Of a stretch of DNA of 64,000 nt, positions 19,654-28,975 are shown one piece after another. Position 1 is the stretch's first letter, and every line of letters starts with the position of its first letter. The translations under genes and the position numbers were made by a program. This DNA is from an uncultured Chloroflexia bacterium. Its GTDB lineage: Bacteria > Chloroflexota > Limnocylindria > Limnocylindrales > CSP1-4. A model generated the notes under the pieces. That model made no database searches. It was given only the letters and a program-made list of their open reading frames with translations, and was not told the DNA's origin. Location of the stretch: contig OY970218.1 in NCBI GenBank assembly GCA_963713975.1, positions 1,344,001 through 1,408,000 of the forward strand, given 5' to 3'.

Positions 19654-19658
19654 CCCGC

Positions 19659-20807
19659 CTAGCTCCCTGCCTCCCCGCCCTCGGTGGGCAGCTCGACCAC
19701 CAGGCGCAGCTCGCCGCCGCCCGCCAGGATCTCCATGCGCGCGCCGATGGAGGCCGCCCGCTCGCCGGCGTCGCGACGCGCGGCCGGCGGCAGGACCACG
19801 ATGGCCGCCTGCTCGGCGGCCTCCACGGCCGCGTCGCGGGCGTCGTGCCGGTCCTGGATCATCTGCTTGATGGCGGCGGGAACGTCCCCGGTTGGAACGT
19901 CCGGAAGCGCCTCCTCGCCGGCGTCCACCGGCTCCCTGCCGGCCACGAGCCGGGCCTCCAACTCCTCGCCCCAGTCCAGGCGCAGGAGCACGTGCTCCGC
20001 CCCGACCCCGAGGTAGACGGCAAGCGCGCCATCGAGGGTCCGGAAGATCGCGCTCTCCACGTCCACCGCGAGCCGCCGGTCCGCGCCCAGAGACTCGAAC
20101 TCGACCTGGACGTGCGCCCGTCGCCCGCGCTCCCGGGCCGCGCGCCTCAGCGTTGGCACGAGGCCCAGGTCGTCCAGCACCATCGGCCGGACGTCGAAGA
20201 TGAAGTTCTTGGTCGCCTCCAACGTCTGCTGGACCATGGAGACCAGGAGTCGCACCTCGCCCCTGGATTGCGCGGGCTCTCGCTCCAGGAGCCGGTCCAC
20301 GATCTCGGCCTGTAGCACGATATTGGTCAGGGACTGCGCCGGTCCGTCGTGCATCGCCCGGGCGATCTCACGCCGCAGGTCCTCCTGGGCGCTGAGGACC
20401 ACCCTGGACAGGGATGGCCGCAGGGCCTCCTCCTCTGCCGCGCCGGCGTCGGCCTCGGGGACGGCCTCGATGCGTTCCACGAGGTCCTCGAGCGCCGTCC
20501 TGTGCCGGGCCAGTGCCTTGCGCTTGCCCTCCAGGACGTCGACCTGGGCCTCCATCAGCACTGCGCGCCGGGTGAGGGTCACGAGCGTGCCGTACGCGTC
20601 CGCGATGGCGGCGGGATCTGCTCCCTTGGCCGGCGTGGCGAGCCGGCCTGCGGCCTGCGCGCGCTTCTGCTCATGGCGCGCCGCCTCGGCGCTGGCCTGG
20701 CCCCCGAGCATCTCGATCTCCGAGAGCTCGCGATCCAGCGCGGCAATCTCGTCGCGCACCTGTGCGACGAGCGGGGACTCCGGGCTCGTCGGGTTGTCGC
20801 CGGTCAT
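19659..20807 (-). CDS. DegS-like HisKA_3 protein with degenerate ATPase domain
   Basis: QEDLRREIARAMHDGPAQSL, RPMVLDDLGL; N and G boxes not recognisable. Confidence 0.85.
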   Translation of the reverse strand: MTGDNPTSPESPLVAQVRDEIAALDRELSEIEMLGGQASAEAARHEQKRAQAAGRLATPAKGADPAAIADAYGTLVTLTRRAVLMEAQVDVLEGKRKALARHRTALEDLVERIEAVPEADAGAAEEEALRPSLSRVVLSAQEDLRREIARAMHDGPAQSLTNIVLQAEIVDRLLEREPAQSRGEVRLLVSMVQQTLEATKNFIFDVRPMVLDDLGLVPTLRRAARERGRRAHVQVEFESLGADRRLAVDVESAIFRTLDGALAVYLGVGAEHVLLRLDWGEELEARLVAGREPVDAGEEALPDVPTGDVPAAIKQMIQDRHDARDAAVEAAEQAAIVVLPPAARRDAGERAASIGARMEILAGGGELRLVVELPTEGGEAGS

Positions 20808-20837
20808 GGTGGCTGAGCGTCCCCGGGCAGGTGGACC

Positions 20838-21575
20838 TCAGTCCTCCGGCATCCGGATCCAGCCCTGGCGCATCGCGTACACCACGGCCTGGGTGCGGTC
20901 GTTCACGGACAGCTTCCGGAGGATCGAGCTCATGTGGTTCTTGACGGTCTGCTCGCTGATGGACAGCGCATAGGCGACCTGCTTGTTCGTCATGCCCTGG
21001 GCAATGTTGTCCAGGATCTCCACCTCGCGCGGCGACAGCGGCGCGAAGATGGGGGCGGCCTCCTGGCCGTAGATGGCCAGCTCGCGGAACTCCTTGAGCA
21101 CGCGCGAGGCGACGGCGGGCTTGCTGAAGACCTTGTCGTTGATGAGGAACTCGCCCGCAGCCACCCGCCGGATGATCATGACCAGGTCCTCTGGCGCGAC
21201 GTCCTTGAGGATGAACGCGGCGGCTCCGGCCTTGATGGCCTCGAACAGCGCGTCCTCGTCCTCCTCCTGGGACAGCACCACGATCGCGGTGGCGGGGAGC
21301 TCCCGCTTGACGCGCTGCGTGGTCTCGATCCCGCCCGGGGACGGCAGCGAGAGGTCCATCAGGATCACATCCGGGTTGGTCGCGAAGGCCGCGTCCATGG
21401 CCGACCGCGGGTCGTCCGCCTCGGCGACGATCTCCAGGTCCGGCTCCTGCTGGAGGATTCCCCGGATCCCCACCCGGAACAGGGCGTGGTCGTCGACGAT
21501 CACGATCTTGACCCGCTCGTAGGTTTCGGTGCGCCGGTCGCCCCGGCGACGCTCCGACCCCTGGTACTCGGTCAT
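20838..21575 (-). CDS. NarL/DegU-family response regulator
   Basis: VDDH REC domain; LSPREVEIL...TNKQVA..L.ISEQTVKNHMSSILRKL LuxR HTH. Confidence 0.95.
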   Translation of the reverse strand: MTEYQGSERRRGDRRTETYERVKIVIVDDHALFRVGIRGILQQEPDLEIVAEADDPRSAMDAAFATNPDVILMDLSLPSPGGIETTQRVKRELPATAIVVLSQEEDEDALFEAIKAGAAAFILKDVAPEDLVMIIRRVAAGEFLINDKVFSKPAVASRVLKEFRELAIYGQEAAPIFAPLSPREVEILDNIAQGMTNKQVAYALSISEQTVKNHMSSILRKLSVNDRTQAVVYAMRQGWIRMPED

Positions 21576-22681
21576 TCGATCTCCTTGTGCGTCAACGGGA
21601 TCGCGAGCCGCACGACCGTACCCGCCTCCGGTCGCGACCTGACTTCGAATTGTGCGCCGACCAGCTCGGCTCGCTCACGCATGAACTGGAGCCCGAAGTT
21701 GCGCCGTCCGCGGGCGGCCGCCGCTCCGGTGTCGAACCCGCGACCATCGTCGCGGACCTCCAGCACCCATTGTCCATCCTCCAGGACCGTCATGACCATC
21801 ACGTTCGCGGCGCCTGCGTGTTTGCGGACATTCTGCAGCGCCTCCTGCACCACGCGCAGCACCACCGTCTGGGCGGCCGCGGACAGGCCGTCCGTGGGAG
21901 CGCCCGTCTCGGCTGTGATGCTCAGCCCGGAGATGGCGGCCTGGGTGGAGACGGTGTCGGCGATGGCGCCGTCCAGGCCCAGCTCGTCCAGGACCGGTGG
22001 GCGGAGCTGGGTCAGGAAGGTGCGCACGTCGCCGAGCTCCCGGCGCAGCAGGTCCCGCAGGAACTGCAGCTCCGTGCGGGCCAGCGGGGGGTCTGACTCG
22101 AAGACACGGTCGATGAAGTCCACCTGGAAGATCGCGTTGGAGAGGGCCTGTGCCGGGCCGTCGTGGACCTCCTGGGCCAGCCGCGCCCGCTCCGCCTCCT
22201 GAGCCTCCACGATCCGCATCTTGAGCTCCGTGGGCATGGTGGGCAGGGAGGGCTCGGTGACCAGGCTGGCGTCGCCGCGCTCCAGGAACAGCCAGGTGCT
22301 CTCGAGATTGCGGATGGCCAGCTCCAGCCGGGACAGCTCCGCCTCGTGCAGGCCGAGGTCGCCGCGATCGTGGTCCACCGTTCCCCGGAGCTCGCGCAGG
22401 CGCCCGTCGGCCGCCCCGGCCTCCGCCGCCGTGGTGGCGAGCGCGTGTTCCGCATCCCCATTTCCCGGGTCGCCCGTGCGGTCCAGCAGGCCCAGCTCAT
22501 CGCTGAGCCCCTGCCAGCGGGTGAGGTCGTCAAGGTAGGCGGCCCGGTAGCGGTCGCGCACGGCGCGGAGGGTGTTCGCGGCATAGGCGAGCCCCTCGGC
22601 GGCTTCCGTGTGCAGTTCGTCGAACCGGGTTCGGGCCGGCCCGCTCCTTGGGGAATCCATCGTTTGGAGTGTATCCGTCAC
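21572..22681 (-). CDS. Soluble DegS-like sensor histidine kinase
   Basis: QEAERARLAQEVHDGPAQ, QEALQNVRKHA, DDGRGFD, FGLQFMRER; no TM segment. Confidence 0.92.
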   Translation of the reverse strand: MTDTLQTMDSPRSGPARTRFDELHTEAAEGLAYAANTLRAVRDRYRAAYLDDLTRWQGLSDELGLLDRTGDPGNGDAEHALATTAAEAGAADGRLRELRGTVDHDRGDLGLHEAELSRLELAIRNLESTWLFLERGDASLVTEPSLPTMPTELKMRIVEAQEAERARLAQEVHDGPAQALSNAIFQVDFIDRVFESDPPLARTELQFLRDLLRRELGDVRTFLTQLRPPVLDELGLDGAIADTVSTQAAISGLSITAETGAPTDGLSAAAQTVVLRVVQEALQNVRKHAGAANVMVMTVLEDGQWVLEVRDDGRGFDTGAAAARGRRNFGLQFMRERAELVGAQFEVRSRPEAGTVVRLAIPLTHKEIE

Positions 22682-24393
22682 GAGCCCTGCGGCGAGCGCC
22701 GCGCAGCAGCACGGGGCTGCAGGATCGCTGCTTCATCCGTGCAGCCGATCCGGAACACCCGCACGCCCTCGATGGAGCGGGCCTCGGCGGGATCGGCGGG
22801 GACAGCCAGCGGCACCTCCCGGAAGCAGGCAGCGGCAGGGTCAGAGGACTCGTCCAGGATCGCCGGCCAGTCCCCGTGGTCGTCCTGCGCAGTGATCAGC
22901 CAGCGTGCGCCGAACCGAGGATCGGTGGCCAGGTCCAGGACGTCCGCCGGGGTCTCGTCGGGGAGTGCGAGGGTGGGGATCCGCTGCGTCTCCGCCATCC
23001 AGATCGGGAAGTCGGCGATCACCGGCTCCGAGCCGTCCAGCGGCACGCCGACGGCAGCCAGCTCGCGTGCGAGCACGTCATACGTTCTTGCCGTGTCGCG
23101 CGCGCTCGCCGCCACCGTGGACAGCAGCACGATCGAGAACAGCGCGGACGAGCCGACCGCGAGCGTGGCGCCCAACCACGCGACCGGGCGCCCCCAGCGC
23201 ATCCGCCGGGCCAGGCGTGCGAGGCCGACGTCGAGGGCGCCCAGCGCGGACACGATCAGCAGCACCTGGACCGGGGCGGCGGCGTGCAGGAACGTGCCCC
23301 ATGTCGTGGCGACGGAGAAGAGCAGGCTGGTGACCAGGAACGTGATCCCGCCGATCAGCACCACCGGCCGCAGGGCCTTGTCGTGGGCCTGCCAGGGCAA
23401 CGCCAGGAGGCCCAGCACCGAGATCGGGACGCCCAGCAGCAGCAGCACGTTGAGGATGTTGTGGCCGATGCCCTCTACGCGCATCTCCAGCAGGCGGGCC
23501 GGACCCACCGCCAGGTAGCGCGACACGGTTGGCGGATCGTTCCAGGCGAAGATATCGAACCCGGTTACGGACAGGCCGTTGGAGATCGCCTGACCCGGCA
23601 GCGGATTGCCGAATGCCGCCCAGTCGCGGGCCGCCCAGGGGGCGAAGACCAGGAGGCTGACGGCCGCCACGACGCCGATCATCCGAAGGCGCTCGGCACG
23701 CGAGGAGCCACCGTGCCGCCACGCCAGCCAGGCCCATGTCGCGGCCACCCAGACCGCCTCGTTGCGGGTCAGGGCGGCGGCACCCAGCAGGACGCCCATC
23801 GTCAGCAGGCGCGGGTCCGCCAGGCGGGCGCCACGCGGATCGCGCAGGACCCGGGTCATGAGCAGGCACGCACCCAGGGCGAGCACGCCGAACAGGGTCG
23901 TCGAGTCCGGCTGCGCGGAGTGGAGGATGAGCGGCAGGTACACGGCGGCGGTCAGCCCCGTGCCAATCGCGAGCGTACGTGCTCGCTCCGGCCCCAGGCC
24001 GCGCTCCACGGCCGTATCGGCCGCGAGGCGCCAGGCCATCACCGCCAGGACGGCGCCCAGGAGGGCGGAGACCACCTGGGATGCCCGCATGGCCGTCTCG
24101 AGGGGGATCGGTGCCGCCGCGCCGGACAGGGCCAGCGGGATGGCGAACAGCAGCGACGGCAGCGGCAGCCAGATCTCGAAGGCCGGGCGCGGGAACACCA
24201 GGGGCGGCGTGCCAAAGCTCCAGAGCGCATCCGAGACCAGCCCCCGTCCCTCCACCAGGTTTCGGGCCACGCCGACGTAGTAGGCGGAATCCTCGGGCCG
24301 GGGGAAGGTGATGGCGGACGCCGCGACGGCCCGCACGATCAGCGCGACACCGAACACGAGGAGCGCGGTCAGCCAGGCCTCCCGGCGGGTCAT
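22678..24393 (-). CDS. GT-C fold glycosyltransferase (GT39/83-like)
   Basis: PEDSAYY..VARNL..GRG after TM1, W.PLPS, AALTRNEA; multi-TM. Confidence 0.8.
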   Translation of the reverse strand: MTRREAWLTALLVFGVALIVRAVAASAITFPRPEDSAYYVGVARNLVEGRGLVSDALWSFGTPPLVFPRPAFEIWLPLPSLLFAIPLALSGAAAPIPLETAMRASQVVSALLGAVLAVMAWRLAADTAVERGLGPERARTLAIGTGLTAAVYLPLILHSAQPDSTTLFGVLALGACLLMTRVLRDPRGARLADPRLLTMGVLLGAAALTRNEAVWVAATWAWLAWRHGGSSRAERLRMIGVVAAVSLLVFAPWAARDWAAFGNPLPGQAISNGLSVTGFDIFAWNDPPTVSRYLAVGPARLLEMRVEGIGHNILNVLLLLGVPISVLGLLALPWQAHDKALRPVVLIGGITFLVTSLLFSVATTWGTFLHAAAPVQVLLIVSALGALDVGLARLARRMRWGRPVAWLGATLAVGSSALFSIVLLSTVAASARDTARTYDVLARELAAVGVPLDGSEPVIADFPIWMAETQRIPTLALPDETPADVLDLATDPRFGARWLITAQDDHGDWPAILDESSDPAAACFREVPLAVPADPAEARSIEGVRVFRIGCTDEAAILQPRAAARRSPQGS

Positions 24394-26030
24394 GGCACAC
24401 CTCCCAGCACGGCGGCCTCAGCGCACCGGGTGTCGCTCGCGTCGAGGCAGACCGGGTAGAGCGCGACGTCATCGCGCTCGAGGACGGGAGGGCCGACCCA
24501 GGCGGGCCGGACGCCGTCCACCAGGATCTCCTGCGTTGACGGAACGCCGTCGCCCCGGTCCAGGACCAGCCATCGGATGTCGTAGGCGCGGGCCACGTCC
24601 TCCACGGTCTCGAGAGGGTCGTTCACGAGGACGACCCCGCCCCGCCCTGTCCAGTACCGCGTGCCTGCGGCGTCGATCGACATCACCCGGTCGTCCAGCG
24701 GCGCGCCGAACTCATCCAGCGCGGCTGCCAGCGCCAGTGCCCGCTGCCGCTTGTCGTCCCAGCTTGCGTGGACGCTGAACGATCCCCAGACGGCGCAGGC
24801 AACCCCGAAGACCACGGCTCCGCCCACGAACACGCGCCCGGCCGAATCCGCGTCCCACCGTGGTCGCCGCGCCGCCAGCCAGGCCACCGCGAGGACGATC
24901 CCCTCCAGCGCCAGCACGTACCCGTGCGGTGCGAGGGCCACCGCGGAGTGGATGAAGGTCCCGCCCGGGACGTGGACCGCGGACACCAGGGCGCTGAACG
25001 CGAACAGCAGGGTCGCGTACCCGAAGTACGGCCCGAACGTGGCATCCCGCCGCCGGCGCCAGGCGCCGATCACCAGGAACGGCACCAGGAACAGCGCTCC
25101 AACCAGGACGCTGAAGATGAACGCCGCCGAGACCAGCCCGCCCGCGCGGGTCATCAGCAGCGGTCCCCAGCCCATCCCAAGGAGATGATCCAGGGTGGCC
25201 GGGATGGTGATGCTGTTCCACTCGCCGATGTCCCGGATGAACAGGACCTTGCCGGACGCGGTGGACGGGGAGAGGGACCCGAACACGGCCAGCTGGCGCA
25301 GATACCACGGCGCCACGGCCAGGGCGAACAGCGCGACGCAGCCCAGGGCGGCCGCCAGTGGGATCCGGGCCGGCCGTCGCGGGCTGGCGCCGAACGGACG
25401 GAACGTGCGCCAACGGTCCCACAGGAACGTCGCGCCAAGGACCGCCAGCACCAGCAGGCCGTCGTTGCGGGAGAGGGTCGCGATGCCGGCCAGCAGTCCG
25501 GCCAGGACGAAGGCTCGCGGGCTGCCACGCATCCCGCGGCCGGCGAGGAACAGGGCGCCCGCCACCAGGGGCTGGTACAGGCTGAAGTTGTCCGGCTGGG
25601 CCATGTACACGAACGACAGTGTCGGGAACGCGACCAGGATCCCGGCACCCACGGCCACGTAGGGGCGCACGCCCGCCTCCCGTCCGATCGCCCAGGCCAG
25701 CGGCGCGGCGAGCGCACCGAGGAGCGCGAACGGCAGCGCAGAGGCCATCGCCGTCGGGCCCAGCAGCCAGAGGAACGGCACCTGAACCAGGGCCGCCAGC
25801 GGCATCCAGTGGGCGTTGGAGGCGATCGGGAGGACCGGGTTCGCGGGGATCGCCCCACCCACCTCGGGGAAGATCCAGATGAAGTCGACGTTGAACCCGT
25901 GTCCGGCTGCCAGCTGGCGCGCCACGTCCACGTAGTAGAAGGAATCGGGATAGGCCGGGTCCGGGAACCCGGTGGCGACCACCAGCCGCGCCACCAGGGC
26001 GAGCAGATACAGCAGGATGGGCGTGCGCAC
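24390..26030 (-). CDS. GT-C fold glycosyltransferase, paralogue of 22678-24393
   Basis: YPDSFYYVDVARQLAAGHG, HWMPL, TLSRNDG. Confidence 0.8.
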   Translation of the reverse strand: MRTPILLYLLALVARLVVATGFPDPAYPDSFYYVDVARQLAAGHGFNVDFIWIFPEVGGAIPANPVLPIASNAHWMPLAALVQVPFLWLLGPTAMASALPFALLGALAAPLAWAIGREAGVRPYVAVGAGILVAFPTLSFVYMAQPDNFSLYQPLVAGALFLAGRGMRGSPRAFVLAGLLAGIATLSRNDGLLVLAVLGATFLWDRWRTFRPFGASPRRPARIPLAAALGCVALFALAVAPWYLRQLAVFGSLSPSTASGKVLFIRDIGEWNSITIPATLDHLLGMGWGPLLMTRAGGLVSAAFIFSVLVGALFLVPFLVIGAWRRRRDATFGPYFGYATLLFAFSALVSAVHVPGGTFIHSAVALAPHGYVLALEGIVLAVAWLAARRPRWDADSAGRVFVGGAVVFGVACAVWGSFSVHASWDDKRQRALALAAALDEFGAPLDDRVMSIDAAGTRYWTGRGGVVLVNDPLETVEDVARAYDIRWLVLDRGDGVPSTQEILVDGVRPAWVGPPVLERDDVALYPVCLDASDTRCAEAAVLGGVP

Positions 26031-26143
26031 AGCCGGTGCAGCCTAGCACCGGGTTGCCGGTCGTCAGAGGGGTACGAACGGGCTAGCGAGCCCGCCGTCA
26101 AATGGGGCGCACGCGGTCCACCCCAGCGGGTATGGTCCGCCTC

Positions 26144-27043
26144 GTGACATCCGGGACCAGGCTGGACCGCAGGCGGCTCCGGCCGGTCGTGCACGGCCTC
26201 GTGCTCGCCGGCCTGATGATCTTCGCGTACCTGTTCCTCGTCGTCGCGCCCGCCCAGGGTTCGTTCGGGTTCGATGCCTACGCCTACTGGGCCGTGAACA
26301 TGTCGGACCCGTACGCGGTGCCCGTCGGTGGCCTGGGCGCGTTCACCTACACGCCGGTTGCCGCGCGGCTGTTCAGCCCCTTCGGCGCCATGCAGTGGTA
26401 CTCGTTCCTGTGGGTGTGGTCAGCAGAGCTGCTGGCGACGGCGCTGTGGCTGGGCGGTCGGCGGTTCCTGTGGGTGCTGGCCTTTCCGCCGGTGGCCCTG
26501 GAGCTCTACCACGGCAACATCCATCTGCTCCTGGCGGCGATGATCGTGCTCGGCTTCCGCTACCCGGCTGTCTGGACCTTCGGGATCTTCACCAAGGTCA
26601 CGCCCGGCATCGGGGTGCTGTGGTTTCTGGTGCGCCGCGAGTGGCGCAACCTGGCCATCGTGCTGGGCCTGACCGCCGCGATCCTGGGTGTGTCGCTGCT
26701 GGTGGACGGGGACCTGTGGCGCGAATGGGTGGCGCTCGTCGTGAGCGCGGAATCGGGCGGACAGGTAGAGCAGGCTCAGGTGGCCATCCCCCTGCTCATC
26801 CGCCTGCCGCTGGCGGCGCTGGTCGTGATCTGGGGCGCCCTGACGGACCGTCGCTGGGCGGTGCCGGTCGCGGTGACGCTCGCGCTGCCGGTGCTCTGGC
26901 CGTCCGGGTTTGCGGTGCTCGCGGCCTGCCTGGCGACGTCGTCGCTGGCCGGGGCGCCGCTGATCCGGGTTGGCGGTCCCGCAGCTGGTACCAGTGCGGA
27001 TGGCCCTCCGGTCCCGGTTACAGAACGCACCACGGGGTCCTAG
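26144..27043 (+). CDS. GT87/DUF2029-like membrane glycosyltransferase
   Basis: FDAYAY, FTYTP, GNIHLLL, TKVTPG; start placed at GTG 7 nt after TATGGT. Confidence 0.8.
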   Translation: MTSGTRLDRRRLRPVVHGLVLAGLMIFAYLFLVVAPAQGSFGFDAYAYWAVNMSDPYAVPVGGLGAFTYTPVAARLFSPFGAMQWYSFLWVWSAELLATALWLGGRRFLWVLAFPPVALELYHGNIHLLLAAMIVLGFRYPAVWTFGIFTKVTPGIGVLWFLVRREWRNLAIVLGLTAAILGVSLLVDGDLWREWVALVVSAESGGQVEQAQVAIPLLIRLPLAALVVIWGALTDRRWAVPVAVTLALPVLWPSGFAVLAACLATSSLAGAPLIRVGGPAAGTSADGPPVPVTERTTGS

Positions 27044-27053
27044 ACTGCCCCGG

Positions 27054-27857
27054 ATGCCCGAGCCCACCCTCACCATCGTCCTGCCGGCCTACAACGAGGA
27101 GGCCAGGCTGGGCTCTGCCCTCGACGAGCTGTTCGGCTACCTGCATCGGCGAGGGGGACAGGCCCGCGAGGGCCGCCCGGGATCGGAGGAGCTGCCGCAT
27201 GCGGTCCAGGTCCTTGTGGTCGACGACGGATCCGCAGATGGGACGGCCGCCCTGGTCCGGGCCCGACCCGAGCACGCCGCCGGAGAGATGGAGCTGCTGA
27301 CCGTTCCGCACGGAGGCAAGGGCTCCGCTGTCCGGGCCGGAATGCTCCACGCGGCGGGCGACTTGGTGGTGTTCGCGGATGCCGACATGGCCACGCCCCC
27401 GGACGAGCTCGTCCCGCTGGTGCGTGCCCTCGAGACCGCAGACGCCGCCTACGGCTCCCGGATCCAGCCCGACGGATCGGACATGCGTGCCTCGCAGCCA
27501 CCCTGGCGCCGTGCGCTCGGCAAGGCGTTCCACCTGCTGGCATCGATCTGGGTGGTGGGCCCGGTCCAGGACACCCAGTGCGGGTTCAAGGGCTTCCGCC
27601 GCGACGTCGCCCGGGACGTGTTCGCCCGCCAGGTGGTCACCAGCATCGTGTTCGACGTGGAGGTGATCTACCTCGTCCGCCGCAGGGGCTACTCCCATGC
27701 TGTGGTGCCCATCCGCTGGGCGGACCGCCGCGGATCGCGGATGCACCCGGGCTTGGGCCTCGCCCTGCGCGTGGCATGGGACCTGTTCCGGATCCCGCTG
27801 ATCCACCGGGACGTCCGACGCGTCGCGCGGGGATCTGGCGATCCGTCGGCCGTCTGA
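27054..27857 (+). CDS. GT2 polyprenol-phosphate glycosyltransferase (Alg5/DPG-like)
   Basis: IVLPAYNEE.RL, VDDGS.DGT, GKGSAVRAG, DADMATP, DTQCGFK, FDVE. Confidence 0.9.
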   Translation: MPEPTLTIVLPAYNEEARLGSALDELFGYLHRRGGQAREGRPGSEELPHAVQVLVVDDGSADGTAALVRARPEHAAGEMELLTVPHGGKGSAVRAGMLHAAGDLVVFADADMATPPDELVPLVRALETADAAYGSRIQPDGSDMRASQPPWRRALGKAFHLLASIWVVGPVQDTQCGFKGFRRDVARDVFARQVVTSIVFDVEVIYLVRRRGYSHAVVPIRWADRRGSRMHPGLGLALRVAWDLFRIPLIHRDVRRVARGSGDPSAV

Positions 27858-27870
27858 TCCGGCGGGTGGG

Positions 27871-28938
27871 ATGAAGCTCGCCGAGGCTCTCGCCAGGCTC
27901 CTGCCCGTGTTCGCCGTCCTCGTCTTCGCCCTGGGTGTTGGGGTGACGCTCTTGGTGGCCGGCGACACGCTGGGCTACGACTTCCTTGCCTATCACGCGG
28001 CCGCGTCGCGGGTGCTCGACGGCCAGCCTGGCTACGACACCTCGTTCGAGGCCGCCGGCGGCTTCGGGCTGTTCTACTACCCGCCCACGTTCATCCCGCT
28101 TGTGCTCGTCTTCGGGCTGCTCCCGGCTGACGTGTCGACGTGGGCCTGGACGGCGGGCCTGCTCGTGGCCTTCGCGACTGGTGCAGCCGTCATGCCCGTG
28201 GCGAGGCCTGTCAGATGGTGGGTCGTCCTGCTCGCGGGCCTGTCCTGGCCCTTCCTGTACGCGATCAAGCTGGGCCAGGTGGGGCCCCTGCTGTTCATGC
28301 TGATGGCTATTGGCTGGAGGTGGATGGACCGCCCGTCCGTCGTCGGCGCCACTGGTGCCCTCGGCGCCGCCATCAAGATCCAGCCGGGCCTGATCCTGCT
28401 CTGGGCGCTGCTCACGCGGCGCTGGGCTGCCGTGGCGCTCGGAGCGGTTGTGCTGGGTGCGCTGGCGCTGCTCGCCACAGCTGCGGCGGGACTCGCCGCC
28501 TGGACGGACTTCCTCGAGCTGATCACCAGGGTCACGGATCCCATCACCACCGAGCACAACTTCACGCCCGGCGCGGTCGCCTACCAGCTAGGGCTGTCGC
28601 GAGATGCGGCCGCGCTCTTCCAGTGGGTCTTGCTGGCCGTCGCCCTGATCGTGATGATCGTCGCGGCGCTCGGGCTGCCCGCAGCACCCTCGTACATGGT
28701 GGCCGTGATCGCGAGCCAGCTGCTGTCGCCGATCCTGTGGGACCACTACGCGCTGCTGCTGCTGCTGCCCGTTGCGTGGCTGCTCGACCAGGGCAAGTGG
28801 TGGGCCGTGATCCTCGTCCTGGCGACCCCCGTGTTCCTGGTCGGCGCTCTTCCGGCCGTTGTCTACCCGATGGTCTTTTGGGCCTGCCTGGTCGCGGTGC
28901 TGTGGGTTGGCCTCCGCTCGAGACCGTCCACCCCGTAG
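27871..28938 (+). CDS. GT87 family membrane glycosyltransferase
   Basis: YDFLAYH, FYYPPTF, LGQV, IKIQP, SPILWDHY. Confidence 0.88.
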   Translation: MKLAEALARLLPVFAVLVFALGVGVTLLVAGDTLGYDFLAYHAAASRVLDGQPGYDTSFEAAGGFGLFYYPPTFIPLVLVFGLLPADVSTWAWTAGLLVAFATGAAVMPVARPVRWWVVLLAGLSWPFLYAIKLGQVGPLLFMLMAIGWRWMDRPSVVGATGALGAAIKIQPGLILLWALLTRRWAAVALGAVVLGALALLATAAAGLAAWTDFLELITRVTDPITTEHNFTPGAVAYQLGLSRDAAALFQWVLLAVALIVMIVAALGLPAAPSYMVAVIASQLLSPILWDHYALLLLLPVAWLLDQGKWWAVILVLATPVFLVGALPAVVYPMVFWACLVAVLWVGLRSRPSTP

Positions 28939-28975
28939 CCCACGGTCGACGGGGTTCCCGGCGATACTCGGCTCG

